Source: Adineta vaga (taxonomy: Eukaryota > Animalia > Rotifera). From it: 64,000 nt of DNA. Every line of letters starts with the position of its first letter. Positions within the stretch are counted from its first letter, which is position 1. Position numbers and translations under genes: made by a program. The notes under the pieces were generated by a model. That model worked only from the letters and a program-made list of their open reading frames with translations, was not told the DNA's origin and ran no database searches. This document shows, piece by piece, positions 1-12,600 of this stretch. The DNA lies in assembly GCA_021613535.1 (NCBI GenBank), contig CP075497.1:13829211-13893210 (forward strand). Direction: 5' to 3'.

Positions 1-37
1 ACTTTAGCTGAGATAATCTAAATATATAAATGTAGAT

Positions 38-1179
38 TTATAACAATAATAAAATCTTTCTCACTTGATCTTCAGATGGTTTTAAATCATAAAATGTTTG
101 TACTAAATGATAATCATTCGCATCAAATTCTAATATAGATTTTTTTCGTTGAAAATCAGCTGCCAATTTATGTTGACCTCTACGTACCAATGCAGGAATT
201 ATCATTGATAATCTTTGTAGATCAACAGATTGGCCAATTTGTAATTCCGTATGTTGATTCAATGAGATTTCTATTTGTTTTAATTGTTCAATAGTTGTTT
301 CTCGATATTTTTCTATGTTTTTCTCTGTTACAAATTGAACACTGTTTAATTTATTCTCTTTTAGAAATTGTTTGGATAATTTCATTGACCATACTTTGGA
401 AGTGACCATAATAGTATAATAATTCTCCCAATACTCTTGTTTCAATCTTAAATAGAATAAATTATTGAAAATTTGAGCATATTCACGAGCATATTGTAAT
501 TTTTCAGGTGTATCCAGTGATTGAATTGTATGTTCAGCACCTTCTAAAGCTGTTGATAACATCTTTTTAAATATATGATCTGGTGTACTTAAATAATTTG
601 GCTTCATATCTAATCTTGATGTAGTACTTGTTGTGGTGGTGGTGGTGGTATCATCAACAACAGCAAATGTGACTGAACGATGTCGTTTTTCTTTTGGTTG
701 TGTGATTGAAATTGTGCTAATCGATGCAGTAACGCCTGTTGGTCGAGTTTCTCGTTTCCTTTTGACTATTTTGGACTGAACATCATGATGTACATCTGAT
801 TGCTCCTATTATATATTTTTTTATGATATTAATAGACAAATAGTATTCATATTTATAGAAAATATACATTACCGGAAGAGTCAATGAATTATTATCTTCT
901 TGTGTTTCATTGACAAGTTGATGTGATGAAGCACTATATGTTTCAATCATTGTTGCAATTGTTTCATCATTTATTCCTTGATTCTTCAATTTTGATCTAA
1001 ATCTCTGTAATTTACGATTTCCACGAGACCTTTTCTTCTTCTTGTTCTTGTTGAATTGTTGGTGTATTCTCTGCTGTCGAAAGAATAAGTTGTTGTCTAT
1101 CGTCTGACTTGGAATGAGTAGAATTATTTTTATTAGTTTCATTATTATTAGTAGTTGTAGTATTATCATCATCAGCCAT
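38..1179 (-). CDS. Athena/Terminon-like ORF1-type coiled-coil protein (multi-exon, probably frameshifted; continues off the left edge)
   Basis: KR-rich KKKRSRGNRKLQRFR motif, followed by PNYL...YW...FQRKKSILEFDANDYHLVQTFYDLKP. I recognise this as resembling ORFs that accompany bdelloid Penelope-like RTs. No RT is present in the window. Confidence 0.5.
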
Positions 1180-2701
1180 CTTGAGAGGGAAGCAAAAAAT
1201 GAATATCTAAAATTTAAAAACTAACCAAAATTGAGAAATGAAAAGCTTTCATTAAGAATATTTTAAATGAATTGAAAGTTTTTTGATAATAAAAAACATG
1301 ATCAATATTTTTCTAAAGTTCTTTTTTCTATTCATAATATTGATATTGATGCACGCAATTGTTTTGATTTGAATTTATAAAAACATTGAATACGTTCATA
1401 AATCAGATTAATCATTATCTTCGATAATACTTGATTCTGTTCAACAGATGAATGTCGTTGATTGGACCATATTTCCTTAATAGTACAAAGGAGAAGGTGT
1501 TGTATGAATATCATCAATATTATAGCGATGGAAATTGCGTTCAATATTTGTATTGCTCATAGGCTTCATAATACAATAAAAATGATGAATAATTTCTTTT
1601 TAAAGGAAAGATAATAACATATTATATTTGAATCTGTTGGACGAATGATTTGTTCTGATTTTTCATTATCAGTATTACCAATGGATATATTTTGTTTATT
1701 TGAAAGATCATCCATGTTATTTTTTCTACAGTTTCTTGTAATTATAAAATTATAATTTAATTATCTAAAATAAATCAAGCTAAAAACAACAATTTAAATG
1801 TTCCAGTAAATCATTTAAATCATACAGTTTATTATTGTATATTTTATAGAAGAAAGAGTTTGTGATATTTAAAAACGAGTCAATCCAATTCTAACTATAT
1901 TATAAAACTAAATGTGAATAGAATAAAAATAATGCAGTGATCTATATAAGATGCTTCACATATATATATATAGATGGGTGAGTGAGCGAGCGAGAGAGAG
2001 AGAGAGAGAGATTCTTGGATTTTTCTCATTGGTGAAAAATTAGATATGCATAGATGAAAGAGATAATATAAACAATTATATCACATGATTGAATTCATAA
2101 TTGATGTCATCAAGAATTTGATAGACATTGTATTCTGATAAATATTAATGAGATGAAAGTAAACAAATACAGATATCTAAATATAATAATACCACTAAGT
2201 TATACCTAGATTAGAAACCGAATAGATGATAGAGTTAATCTGAAAAAAAAATGAATAAATGATGATTAATACATATGAAAGTGAAGCAAAATGAGTTACC
2301 AATAAAACACATAATTAATAGTAGCAGATGATTAAATGAATTGAAAACAATAAATGAGAATGTATGTATGAATAAAAATAAAAAGGAAATAACAACAAAA
2401 ATTGTATGTTCAAAAGTCTTCAATATTTAGAATTAAATAGAAGAGAAAGTCAAGTATGCAAAAATGAGATAATTTTTTGTGTACGATTTTCTATGTTTAC
2501 ACGACGAGCTTCGATAATGGCACACATGAGAGGATCGAATTCGTGGGAAAATGGCATTTGATATGATTGATGATTATCAGTGCTCATGAATGTTATTGTT
2601 GTATTACTTCGTTTGTTATTTGATGAATTGAATTTTTTTTCATGAATCTGACGTTGACAATATTTTCGTTTTCCACGCCAAATTTTTTCGGCTTTGATTT
2701 T

Positions 2702-3601
2702 CTAAAACGAAAAGATACAAATCAGTATGCTATAGTAAAGTTGAGAAGAAGAAAAAGAATAACGAATTACTTGATTTTCTGTCGGATGAAGTTCATAGAA
2801 TGATTTCACCAGTTGAATTTCGTCAGCATCAACTGGTAACATACTTTTCTTCTGTTCAAATCTTGTATGTAATTCTTTTAAACCATTTTCAATGAGAACT
2901 CGCAGCGTATCCGATATTATATGCATTATTTCATGGGTTGATGTTTTATCAGATACCAACGAGTGATAACAAGAATATTGTTGTTGTAAATGAATTCGTA
3001 GTTGTTGACAGATTTTATTGAGTTTGTTTTCGGTTAATTTTTGTCGATGTCGAATATTATGTTCAGTTCGAGGATAATCCCAATTGATTGAACATCGTTT
3101 TGTGAGATTCTTTGGCATTCTTGATAACCATTGGACGGCAAATAAAAGTCTATCTTGGACATGTTGCCAGTAATCTTTTTCCATTTCCAACTGAAATCTC
3201 ATACACATTAAATGAGCATAGTTTTGAACAAATGATAATAATTGTTGATTTTCTAAATATTGTTGAAGTTGTCGACGATAGTAAGGATTTGCTGTACGAG
3301 ATAGTAAAATTTTAAATTCTTGTTTTGAAATTTCATTATAGTTTGGTGTTAATTCCGGAGATAATTTCCAGATGTCAGTGGACAAGTTTGATATGTTTTT
3401 TGTTCGTCTACGATTTTGTTTATTTGATAAATATCGATTTGAACCATTGCTGTTGTTGTCGTCGTCGTCGTCGTCGTTTTCTTCTTCTGTTGCTGTTGTT
3501 GTCGAAAAGGATTGTATTGGTATTCCTCCAGTTACTAATGCTTTCGTTGTTGTTTCAGACATAACATTCGTTATGAGCTTAGTCATCTCTACATTATGCA
3601 T
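2702..3601 (-). CDS. Second, paralogous Athena/Terminon-like coiled-coil ORF (3' part apparently truncated)
   Basis: Shares PNY...YW...FEQKKSMLPVDADEIQLVKSFYELHPTENQV with 38..607; same strand, tandem arrangement. Confidence 0.5.
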   Translation of the reverse strand: MHNVEMTKLITNVMSETTTKALVTGGIPIQSFSTTTATEEENDDDDDDNNSNGSNRYLSNKQNRRRTKNISNLSTDIWKLSPELTPNYNEISKQEFKILLSRTANPYYRRQLQQYLENQQLLSFVQNYAHLMCMRFQLEMEKDYWQHVQDRLLFAVQWLSRMPKNLTKRCSINWDYPRTEHNIRHRQKLTENKLNKICQQLRIHLQQQYSCYHSLVSDKTSTHEIMHIISDTLRVLIENGLKELHTRFEQKKSMLPVDADEIQLVKSFYELHPTENQVIRYSFSSSQLYYSILICIFSF

Positions 3602-4892
3602 TCGATTGATATCATATTTTTTGGTACTGGCAAAATCAACAAAACGTTTGTTTATTGTATTCTGTTCTAATCCTAAAAATATGATTCAGTTCTATTTAAA
3701 ATCAAATAACAAAAGCAGTTTTTCTTACCGTTCAATGTCGACATAGGTAATAGTAATATCGGACACAATTATATTAAATCTATTAATGTGTAGTGATATA
3801 TGATCTGAAATATATATGAAGAATGCATAAATGAATATTATATTGAAAGAAAGTAGTTTTAACATTGCAATAACTAAATAGAACAATGAAGACACATAAG
3901 AGTGATACTATGAAGTAACAAATAAATAAAGAACACTATGAAATCAAAACAAAAGAGAAAGTTGGGTTTTCAAAACAATCTACAATATAACTACAAGACG
4001 GACTAAAAAAGAAAATGTCTAACTTAAACTTTGTGCGGACATATTTTCATAAGTTCTTCAATTGGTTTTTGTTTTGTTAATAAAGTATTTAAGGAATAGA
4101 TTTGTTTCGAATGTAAAATAGTTTGAGTATTTTTATGCACCAATTGTGGATCTCCAATAAGACAAGATAACGCTCGTCAAGAGTGCCTCGCTTGACGCTC
4201 GACTGAAGAATTGACAAAAATGAATTTATTGATTATTCCTGCTGAAAAGCGTTTAGTTTTGAAAATGAATTTTTTCATCTTGCTTACATTCTAAAACATC
4301 ATGAATTGTTACAATATCATTATTATCATATGGTATCATTTTTCTTTCATCATTTATTTGTGAATATTTGTTGATATTCCTATAATATTCAAAAACTTTA
4401 ACTTAGTGAATTTTATGGTTTACACAACTGAGATTCTAAGATGGATAAGAAAAGTACAGTAATCATTATACAACAAAATGTTAGAGAAGCAAGCAAACAT
4501 CTGCATAAATTTCTTAGCACAATCATCATCTCTATATCGTTGTTCATGCAAGAAATCGAAAGTAGATTTTTCGAATGCTTTCATGTGTTTTTCACGTTGA
4601 TTGGTGTAGTAGGAGGAATTGCATATAATTCACACCACACCGACTTAGTATCGCAAAGAATGATAGCTTTCGAGAAGGGAGCACTGTGAAGTGCTACTTC
4701 GAGGTATTAGGTACGCGCAATCAAACAACCATCAATAACTAATATCACGCACGCATTAATCAATGAATTCCATTATGTTCAATTTGTCAACAAGAATTAT
4801 ATTAGTTTCATATGATGGGGAATATGATTTTGTAGCAAAATCATTTACTTTAAAAGTAAATGAATGTGTAAATAATTAATATTAAGTGACAA

Positions 4893-5520
4893 AACCACAA
4901 AGACTACAAGACCACAAAGACCACAAGACCACAAGACCACAAAGACCACAAGACCACGAAGACCACAAGACCACAAGACCACAAAGACCACAAAGACCAC
5001 AAGACCACAAGACCACAAAGACCACAAGACAAGACCACAAGACCACAAAGACCACAAAGACCACAAGACCACAAGACCACAAAGACCAGAAGACCACAAG
5101 ACCACAAGACCACAAGACCACAAGACCACAAAGACCACAAGACCACAAGACCACAAAGACCACAAAGACCACAAGACCACAAGACCACAAGACCACAAAG
5201 ACCACAAAGACCACAAGACCACAAGACCACAAGACCACAAGACCACAAGACGGTCTTTGTGGTCTTGTGGTCTTTGTGGTCTTTGTGGTCTTTGTGGTCT
5301 TGTGTCTTCTGGTCTTTGTGTCTTGTGGTCTTGTGGTCTTTGTGGTCTTGTGGTCTTGTGGTCTTGTGGTCTTCTGGTCTTCTGTCTTTGTGGTCTTTGT
5401 GGTCTTGTGGTCTTGTGGTCTTGTGGTCTTGTGGTCTTGTGGTCTTGTGGTCTTTGTGGTCTTGTGGTCTTTGTGGTCTTGTGGTCTGTGGTCTTTGTGG
5501 TCTTGTGGTCTTTGTGGTCT
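4893..5520. repeat. Foldback array of 8/9-bp units: (GACCACAA/GACCACAAA)n 4893-5251, then its reverse complement (TTGTGGTC)n 5252-5520
   Basis: Read directly from the sequence; the orientation flips at ...gaccacaagac|ggtctttgtgg. Confidence 0.97.
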
Positions 5521-6516
5521 CAGAGAGATAAGAGTTTTCGTGATTCTGTACGAAGTATTTGATGCAGATATGGATACACAGAGAATTGAATTTATACCAG
5601 CAAAGACATATAGAACAAGTGCTATGGTAGTCATATGAGGAAGATAAGCTAGCGAAGATATGTTCGCCCAACATCAAAATATCTTTCATTGTAATCTATG
5701 AACGTTTATTCTTTGCGTTTTAGAGTTATAAATAGAAAATATTGATTTTAAAGGAAAACAAATCTTTCGCGTTATGTCATTTCTTTATTGTCAATCACGG
5801 AAAATACTTTCTTATTATTTAACAAAGTTAGCGGAAAAGCTTTAAATTTAATCGATTGATGCTTCCGCATAAATTCTTAGATTAATAGTTATCACATGAC
5901 TATGAATGTAAAATAATCATCGATGTATTATCCAAAAATTTTTCTCGTATTGTGTATATGAAAAATACGCTATGAATATGCACCATGTTACCGACAATTG
6001 AAAGCGAAATGTGAGCAGTCAAGAGAAACTTCGTAACAAGAAATATATGAGTGCTTTTATAAAAAAAAAATGTTTATGTTGTAATCCCACATGCCATATA
6101 TACACATTATATTGTTGCAGTACATCTCACTTATGTTCTCTCTTGTTATTATATGTTTTAAACGATAGTTAGTTCAAAATATAAGCAGTTAAATCTGAAA
6201 GAAAGGTAATTTGAATTCTATTAGTAGAACTAATGTTAAATTATACTCTAATTTCAACATGACTTGAATATTACGTTGAAATCTTGTTCTTATTCTAATT
6301 TAAGATATCAATACATTCAAAATAAGAATATATCTAAAGTTTGCATTGATATCATATGTAGGATCTTCAATAAGTGATGCTTATTTGTTTTTACTACTTA
6401 AGCGATCTCGAGTAAGAATGTGTTGAAGTAGTCGTTCATGTACGACTGGACATCAAATAGCTTTAATATTTATCTTTTATGTTTCAAAAAAAAATTCACT
6501 ATGATAAATGTCAGTT

Positions 6517-8965
6517 TCAATCCTTTTCAATGTTCCCAATATTCATAGTATCTATTACTTTGTCAGCAACTTTAGAACCATATTCATGATTTTCATCTTT
6601 CAACATTAGTGTTTCAAATACACAATAACTTTGATACGTTTGTTGACCTTGAATCACATTTTCAAGATGGGTATTGAAAATAAGACCACGACGAGCAGGA
6701 TCTTGATCAAGTGTATCACAATTTTTCAAATGAAAAAGTAAAATTGTAAATAATGCTGCTGTAGGATAAGAAAAACTTCGTAAAGATGTTTTAAAATTGG
6801 TGAGATACGAAAATGTTTGTTCAGCAACGCTTGTGTTGATACCAATAAACTTTATTTTGTTTTGTTCGGAATCAGGATTGAATAAAGTTTTACATAAATT
6901 ACCTGTATGTACTGTATTATGAAATCGATCTGTTACCAAAGTCATATCCATTAATTGTTGGGAATATTTCGTTTCTTGCATGTATTCAGTACCAAATCGA
7001 TATCTCCAGAACTTATATAATTGACATGCAGCATCATAAACTAATAATGAAGGTAATTTTGCTCCAAGTTTTAACATTGTTAAAAGATGATCGGTGATTT
7101 TGCGAGGTCCTTCATGATTAACTGAATCAGAAAAACCAATAATAATTCCACAATTTAAGAAGGAAGCAATAAAACCCATCGATCGTTTCTTCGATTCAAA
7201 ACGTTCTTCCATATCATTTCGGCCAACATTACATTGAGATTCTTTATGATCAAGTTCTTTAAGATATTTCAAATATTTTTGTAACTCATTATCTGACATT
7301 TTCGTTTCCATTGACAATTCTTCAGTATGTTTGTCTCGATGATAATCACAATAATGGTATACATCATCTAAAAGTAAAAAACATTCACACGATTTGTTAT
7401 CAAACAAAAGTCGATATAGGAATTCAGTATTTTCTCTTTCAATTCTCATTCCATTAAAACAGTTGAAAATAGTTCAAGGATATTTCTCATCAACTCATTA
7501 ATCCATATGAAAACACGATGAATAATGTTAAATTAAAACATTAAATTCCATACATACTATTTAATTCTTGATTATTCGATTTCTTTCTTCTTGGCATGTA
7601 TGGGCAACCTTTGTTGATTGGCCCAAGCTCGGCACTATTAATAATACTGGTAACATTATCATATCTGCATACTAAACGACGTCTAAATCAGGTAAAAGAA
7701 CATTATTTTTATTTAATAAGATACTTATTGAGTATTTTTAAACATTCTAAATAAAAAGCTCATGATGAATTAGTGAAGCTTTCTTTGAAGATTAAATGAC
7801 TAATTCATTATTTTATCCTAAGCGATGAAAAAGAAGTTTATTGAAAACAAATAGATCATACAGAAGTATACTTCTATCTTGTTCCATCTTTGATTATGAG
7901 CAAAGTTAAAAGAAACATTTTCAAGAAAAAAACATACGGTTTTTGATGACCATCAATAACCATAACTTTCGAGCAGTTACCACATTTACATGCACCAAAG
8001 ACGATTTCGTGATGTGACCAAAAAGTAGTGAAAACATGGTAGATCCAATCCAAGTTTCTTTCAATAAATATTGCTCTTAATGATTGTTGACCTTTGATTC
8101 TTGTTCGACCTTCACTCATAGCATACGGAAAATGAATATCCGTTGATTTACTCGCCATTAATATAAAATTTGTTAATTCATAATATAGCCAAACAGCTTC
8201 TAAATTTCGAGCAAGATTATCTGCTGTAATATTATCTTCCCTTTTGGGATGAAGTCTATTGAAGACTTTTATCGTAGCAGAAGAAAAACCTTCAAAAGTG
8301 GCATAATCATCAATTAATTGCGAAGAAAAAGAAATGAGAATTTCTTTCGAAAAGACAGTAACACCGGAAAAATGAATAAAATCAGATTGTTGTGATTCAG
8401 CAGTGACGAGTGTTTTCTTTTGATCTATCAGGTAAACAGATGATACACGATAAGAACGACGACATGGATAGCAGTCGGCTTTATAAAGAAGACATGATTG
8501 AACTTTCGTGCAGTAAACAACATAACCACATGATTGGAAAATTGTTTTCAATTGTGCATTACATATACTACATATGGTTCGATGCGGTAACAGAAGAAGA
8601 GGACTAAAATTTCTTGCAAATGCAGATTGAGGTTGAGAATGTTTGTATTCGTTCAAATAATGTTGTATTGTCTCAATACTACAATCAAAAATCAATTCTT
8701 GTTGTATATTTTCATTACCCATTAAGATATTATGGGCAATAAGTACATCATTGCTTGAATAATCAATACCAGTTTCTTTTTTTAAAATGAAACAAATAAA
8801 ATCGAGTCGTTCTTCACTAGTACAAGGCGGTGGTAATGGATAAACATAACTAGCGGGAATTAGATGGCCGACATTGATAATGATCGTAGCTGCTTTGAGA
8901 GTTCGTTTATTTTCATCTGGAAATGCTAATTTGAGACGTTGGTATACAACTTCAATGATAGACAT
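6517..8965 (-). CDS. CxC5-CxC6-KDZ transposase; 3 exons (8965-7938, 7682-7558, 7367-6517), 667 aa, frame intact
   Basis: CxC5-like LLLP..TICSIC...CYPCRRSY; CxC6-like CKCGNC..VIDGHQKPRRLVC...GCPYMP...YCDYH; KDZ core NHEGPRK, LVYDAACQL, TDRFHNTVH...C, INTSVAEQTFS. The GT/AG splice sites join in phase. Confidence 0.85.
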
Positions 8966-9699
8966 TTGGAATAAAGTAAATTTGAATTGAAGATCAAATA
9001 TGTCGGTGATTCTAGAAAATACAATCTTATAGAAGGATTTAACGGATAAAGAATACTGTAGATTTCTACCATAGAATATAAATATTCTTTACCAATATTC
9101 TTTCAATACGGAATATGGGAAACATTTTAAAAATCGCTAGAAAACATCTATTCATTCGTCTGAACGAATTTTTCATTCGATTATTTCAAGAGAAAGTAAA
9201 TTTGAATTCTTGAGTATAAAGTTTATTGTTATAATATACATATTTTTCTTATGATTTTGAGTATTACAAATCATGTAACAACAATAATATAATATACGTT
9301 TTCAGAAAAAGAAATTACATTTGTGAAATTATACCACAGAAAATATACAAATATACTCAATGAAAGTTTTCGATGTCTTCGAAAAAGATAATTAACAACA
9401 CGATGAGTACAATATTTCAGAAAAGAAAAATTAAAGAACAAATTATTTTTAATAAGAAATAGAAATGTTATGAACTAAAAGACATTGGGTTTGTTCATAA
9501 AAAGAAAACTTCGAATTCAAATAAACTCGGTTAAATATCAGAGAAACAAGAAAATTTCAATATCGTAGAAAACAAGTTTACGAATAAAAACAATTTTCTC
9601 AACGTGTCGACGAAAATTCATCAAAAAATAAATAAAGATTGTGTACCAAGAGGAAAAAAACAAGTACATGATGCTGATCTGAAGAACAAAAGAGTACCT

Positions 9700-12600
9700 A
9701 TCTTAATCATCACGTATTTTTGGTTTTCGTTGACGTTTGACTGGCATATCGGTGCCACATATATTTGTAGTTTCTTCTTGTAATTCTTCAACCTTCTTTC
9801 TTTTATTTATTAATGTTCGTTGAGCCTTTTCTTTTCGTTGTTGTTGGAATTCATCAATCTCTATAAAAGAAAAAAATAGATGATTATGAAATTTCGAATT
9901 ATATAAAATTTGTCACTTACGATAATTAGACGTGGTTTGATTTAATGTGCTTGTGGTGTAAATAAATCTTTCATTAATTTCCATATTTTGTTTAAACCAT
10001 TCGTCATTGTCTATTTGTTCTTGTAATACATTGCTAAATAAATACGATTGATTGATAATCTTTCCATCAATTTGTCGTTTGATGTTTTGATTTGGATTTA
10101 AAGAAAGTTTATACTCTTGAATATCAATACCAAAGTCAACTAAATTGATCGCCACTTGAGGATCAGTTGGACTTCCTTTCAAAAAACCATTAATCGAATC
10201 ACCTTTTGCATTACGAAACCAATCACCTTTAATTAATATATTTTTTAATATAAGATAATCAATTATTTTGAATCTGGACTTTTCGTCGAAAAGTCTAGAT
10301 GGTATCATCTTGAATAAATCTGTAGATGTGCCAATAATGAACTGCCGTTTCAGAATAATTGATTTCCATGTGACAGATTTTGGATTTAAAATAAGATTGT
10401 CGACTTCTATAAATACATAACATTTTCTAACATTTTTATATAAGAAGACATTTTTTCCTCAAAGTAAAGTCAAATAATAATTTACTCAATCATTTATTCG
10501 TTAAAAAAAACTATATCTTCATCATCCTCATTAGCTGTCTAAAACTGACACAATTTTTCTCACATTATTTTCATTCATAGAAAAAACCTTAGTTGAACAT
10601 TTATCGAAGTTTTTCTAGAATATCACTGATAAGAAGGCAGATTTGATAGTCTTAAATTATCTCGCTTTATCGACACTGCACAGTGAATTTACAATGAAAA
10701 CTTCTACCTTCTGTGGACCATTTTGATGTTATATTTGTTTTACTTGGTCGACCACGTCCTTTTGTTTTTGAGATATCTTGATCATTAGAATCTAAAATAT
10801 ACAGATTTCAATCAAAAAGCGCTTAGTTTGATATTGTAAAATACTTGTTGAAGATCGATTCATATTATTTGTAACATTAGTCAACACCACACCCGTATTT
10901 GACAACATGGGTTCATATGTTGAATTTCGTTCATCTATAAGAAAATACAAAAATAGTTTCTATTGAAAAATTATAGAATTAAACTCACCAATTGACATGG
11001 AATTATCAACGAGTTCATTTTCACTTGATTTATCAGTCATATTAATTGAATCAAATTGTTCATCATCATCAAGCTGTTCATCATTGGTAACAATATGGTT
11101 TCCATTTGAAACTAAAGAATGAAAAACCGAATGAATATATTTTACAGCACTAATCGTAGACAAAAATATGCTCTATTGTATGAAAACTAGCAATGTGGTT
11201 CGTCATTCTATCTTATAATTGATTTTACCAGGACGTTTTTATTATTATTTCGAACGATAGAACAAACAAAATAACCTGAAGCTGATGCAGGACCAATACT
11301 AATCGATGAAGCCGTTGTTTCATATGTAATTGAACGATGTTGAAAAGAATCTACGCAAATAAAGCAGTTTGAAAAAAAGAAACTCATTTATTCTGTCAAA
11401 TGCAGTTTATAAACAAATGGAATAAATATTTGTTATTCACTTACATTCCATAGATGATTCAGTTGAGGAATTGCCACGAATAGAATCTAGTATATCATGT
11501 ACTGCCGACATTTGTTCATTACCAGTGATATTTGTTGTTAAATTTGTTGATGTTGCATAAGAATGTTCGTTTGTTGTTGTAGTATTTGCATTAACTGGAT
11601 CATAATCAAGAGGAGCTTCCTCAACCATTGATTGAACTAGTTGATCTATATAAGAAAGTAGATAATGTTATTATTGCAATTTATTACCTGTCATAGATTG
11701 TAAACTATTATTATCGTCGATTTCATCACAAGAGACAATACTAATTCCATTTGTTGTGTTTGTCACGATTTTTGGAAGAGTTTTGTTCGATTCAGTCATT
11801 TGTTTCTTTTGAATATGCTCATTCTGTTGGTTATTACTGGGTGTACGACCACTTGAATATGAATTATCTACGAGAAAAAAAGGAAAAAAAGATTCACAAA
11901 TACAAATGAGAATGTATGATGTACGTAAATTTGTACAAACTTTTATCCGGTATGATTTCGCCCAGACGAACACGTTCATGTACCATCTCTCGGAATGATT
12001 GAAAACGATCGTCTTCTTTATAATAGTTATGATAATATTGTACAAATTCATCGTTCAATTTCATAAATTGAATAGCTTCATCAGTAAATTCGTTTCCCAT
12101 TGGTAAATATTGATGTTCGAATGTTTTTTCATAACGTGACATATCCAACCCTAATCGCTAAATCAAAGAGAAACATCATTTTAATTACGTTTTAATTATG
12201 ATCAGTATTCGTTCATATTTTATCTTATAATCGTCTTTAATTTAATCCTCATTTTTAATAGCCTTGAGTTTATTAACAGCCTTACATTTATTCTAAGTTA
12301 TGCATATATCAAAAAGATAATATATGTTAATACTTACTTCGAAAGTTTGTTCAATTCGAGGATTATTTTTAATTGTTGATGGAAACTGTTTACAAAAAGA
12401 TGAATATTGTAAATCTTCTTTACCACTACGAACATTTTTAATAAAATTCCCACCAATCAATAAACCATCGTCGATTAAGGTACTCAAGACTTCATCAGGC
12501 TTCATATCAGTAGAGTGACAAAATTGTCCTGATCCTACGCCTTGTCGTTTATTGGTTAAAAAAGTTCGAGAAAAAAACACGACTGGAAAATTCAATACTT

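Noticed and set aside
4170-4260. Hammerhead ribozyme (CTGAAGA next to a CGTCAAG/CTTGACG hairpin)
   Set aside because: I could not place a stem II followed by GAAA with correct pairing; an Infernal search would be needed.
4893-5520. Telomere-telomere fusion site
   Set aside because: The polarity (C-rich then G-rich) is opposite to an end-to-end fusion, and the unit differs from the bdelloid telomeric hexamers I know.
4845-5689. Long ORFs (LWSCGLVV / DHKTTRPQ repeats) in several frames
   Set aside because: They arise because the 8/9-bp repeat lacks stop codons; there is no evidence of coding.
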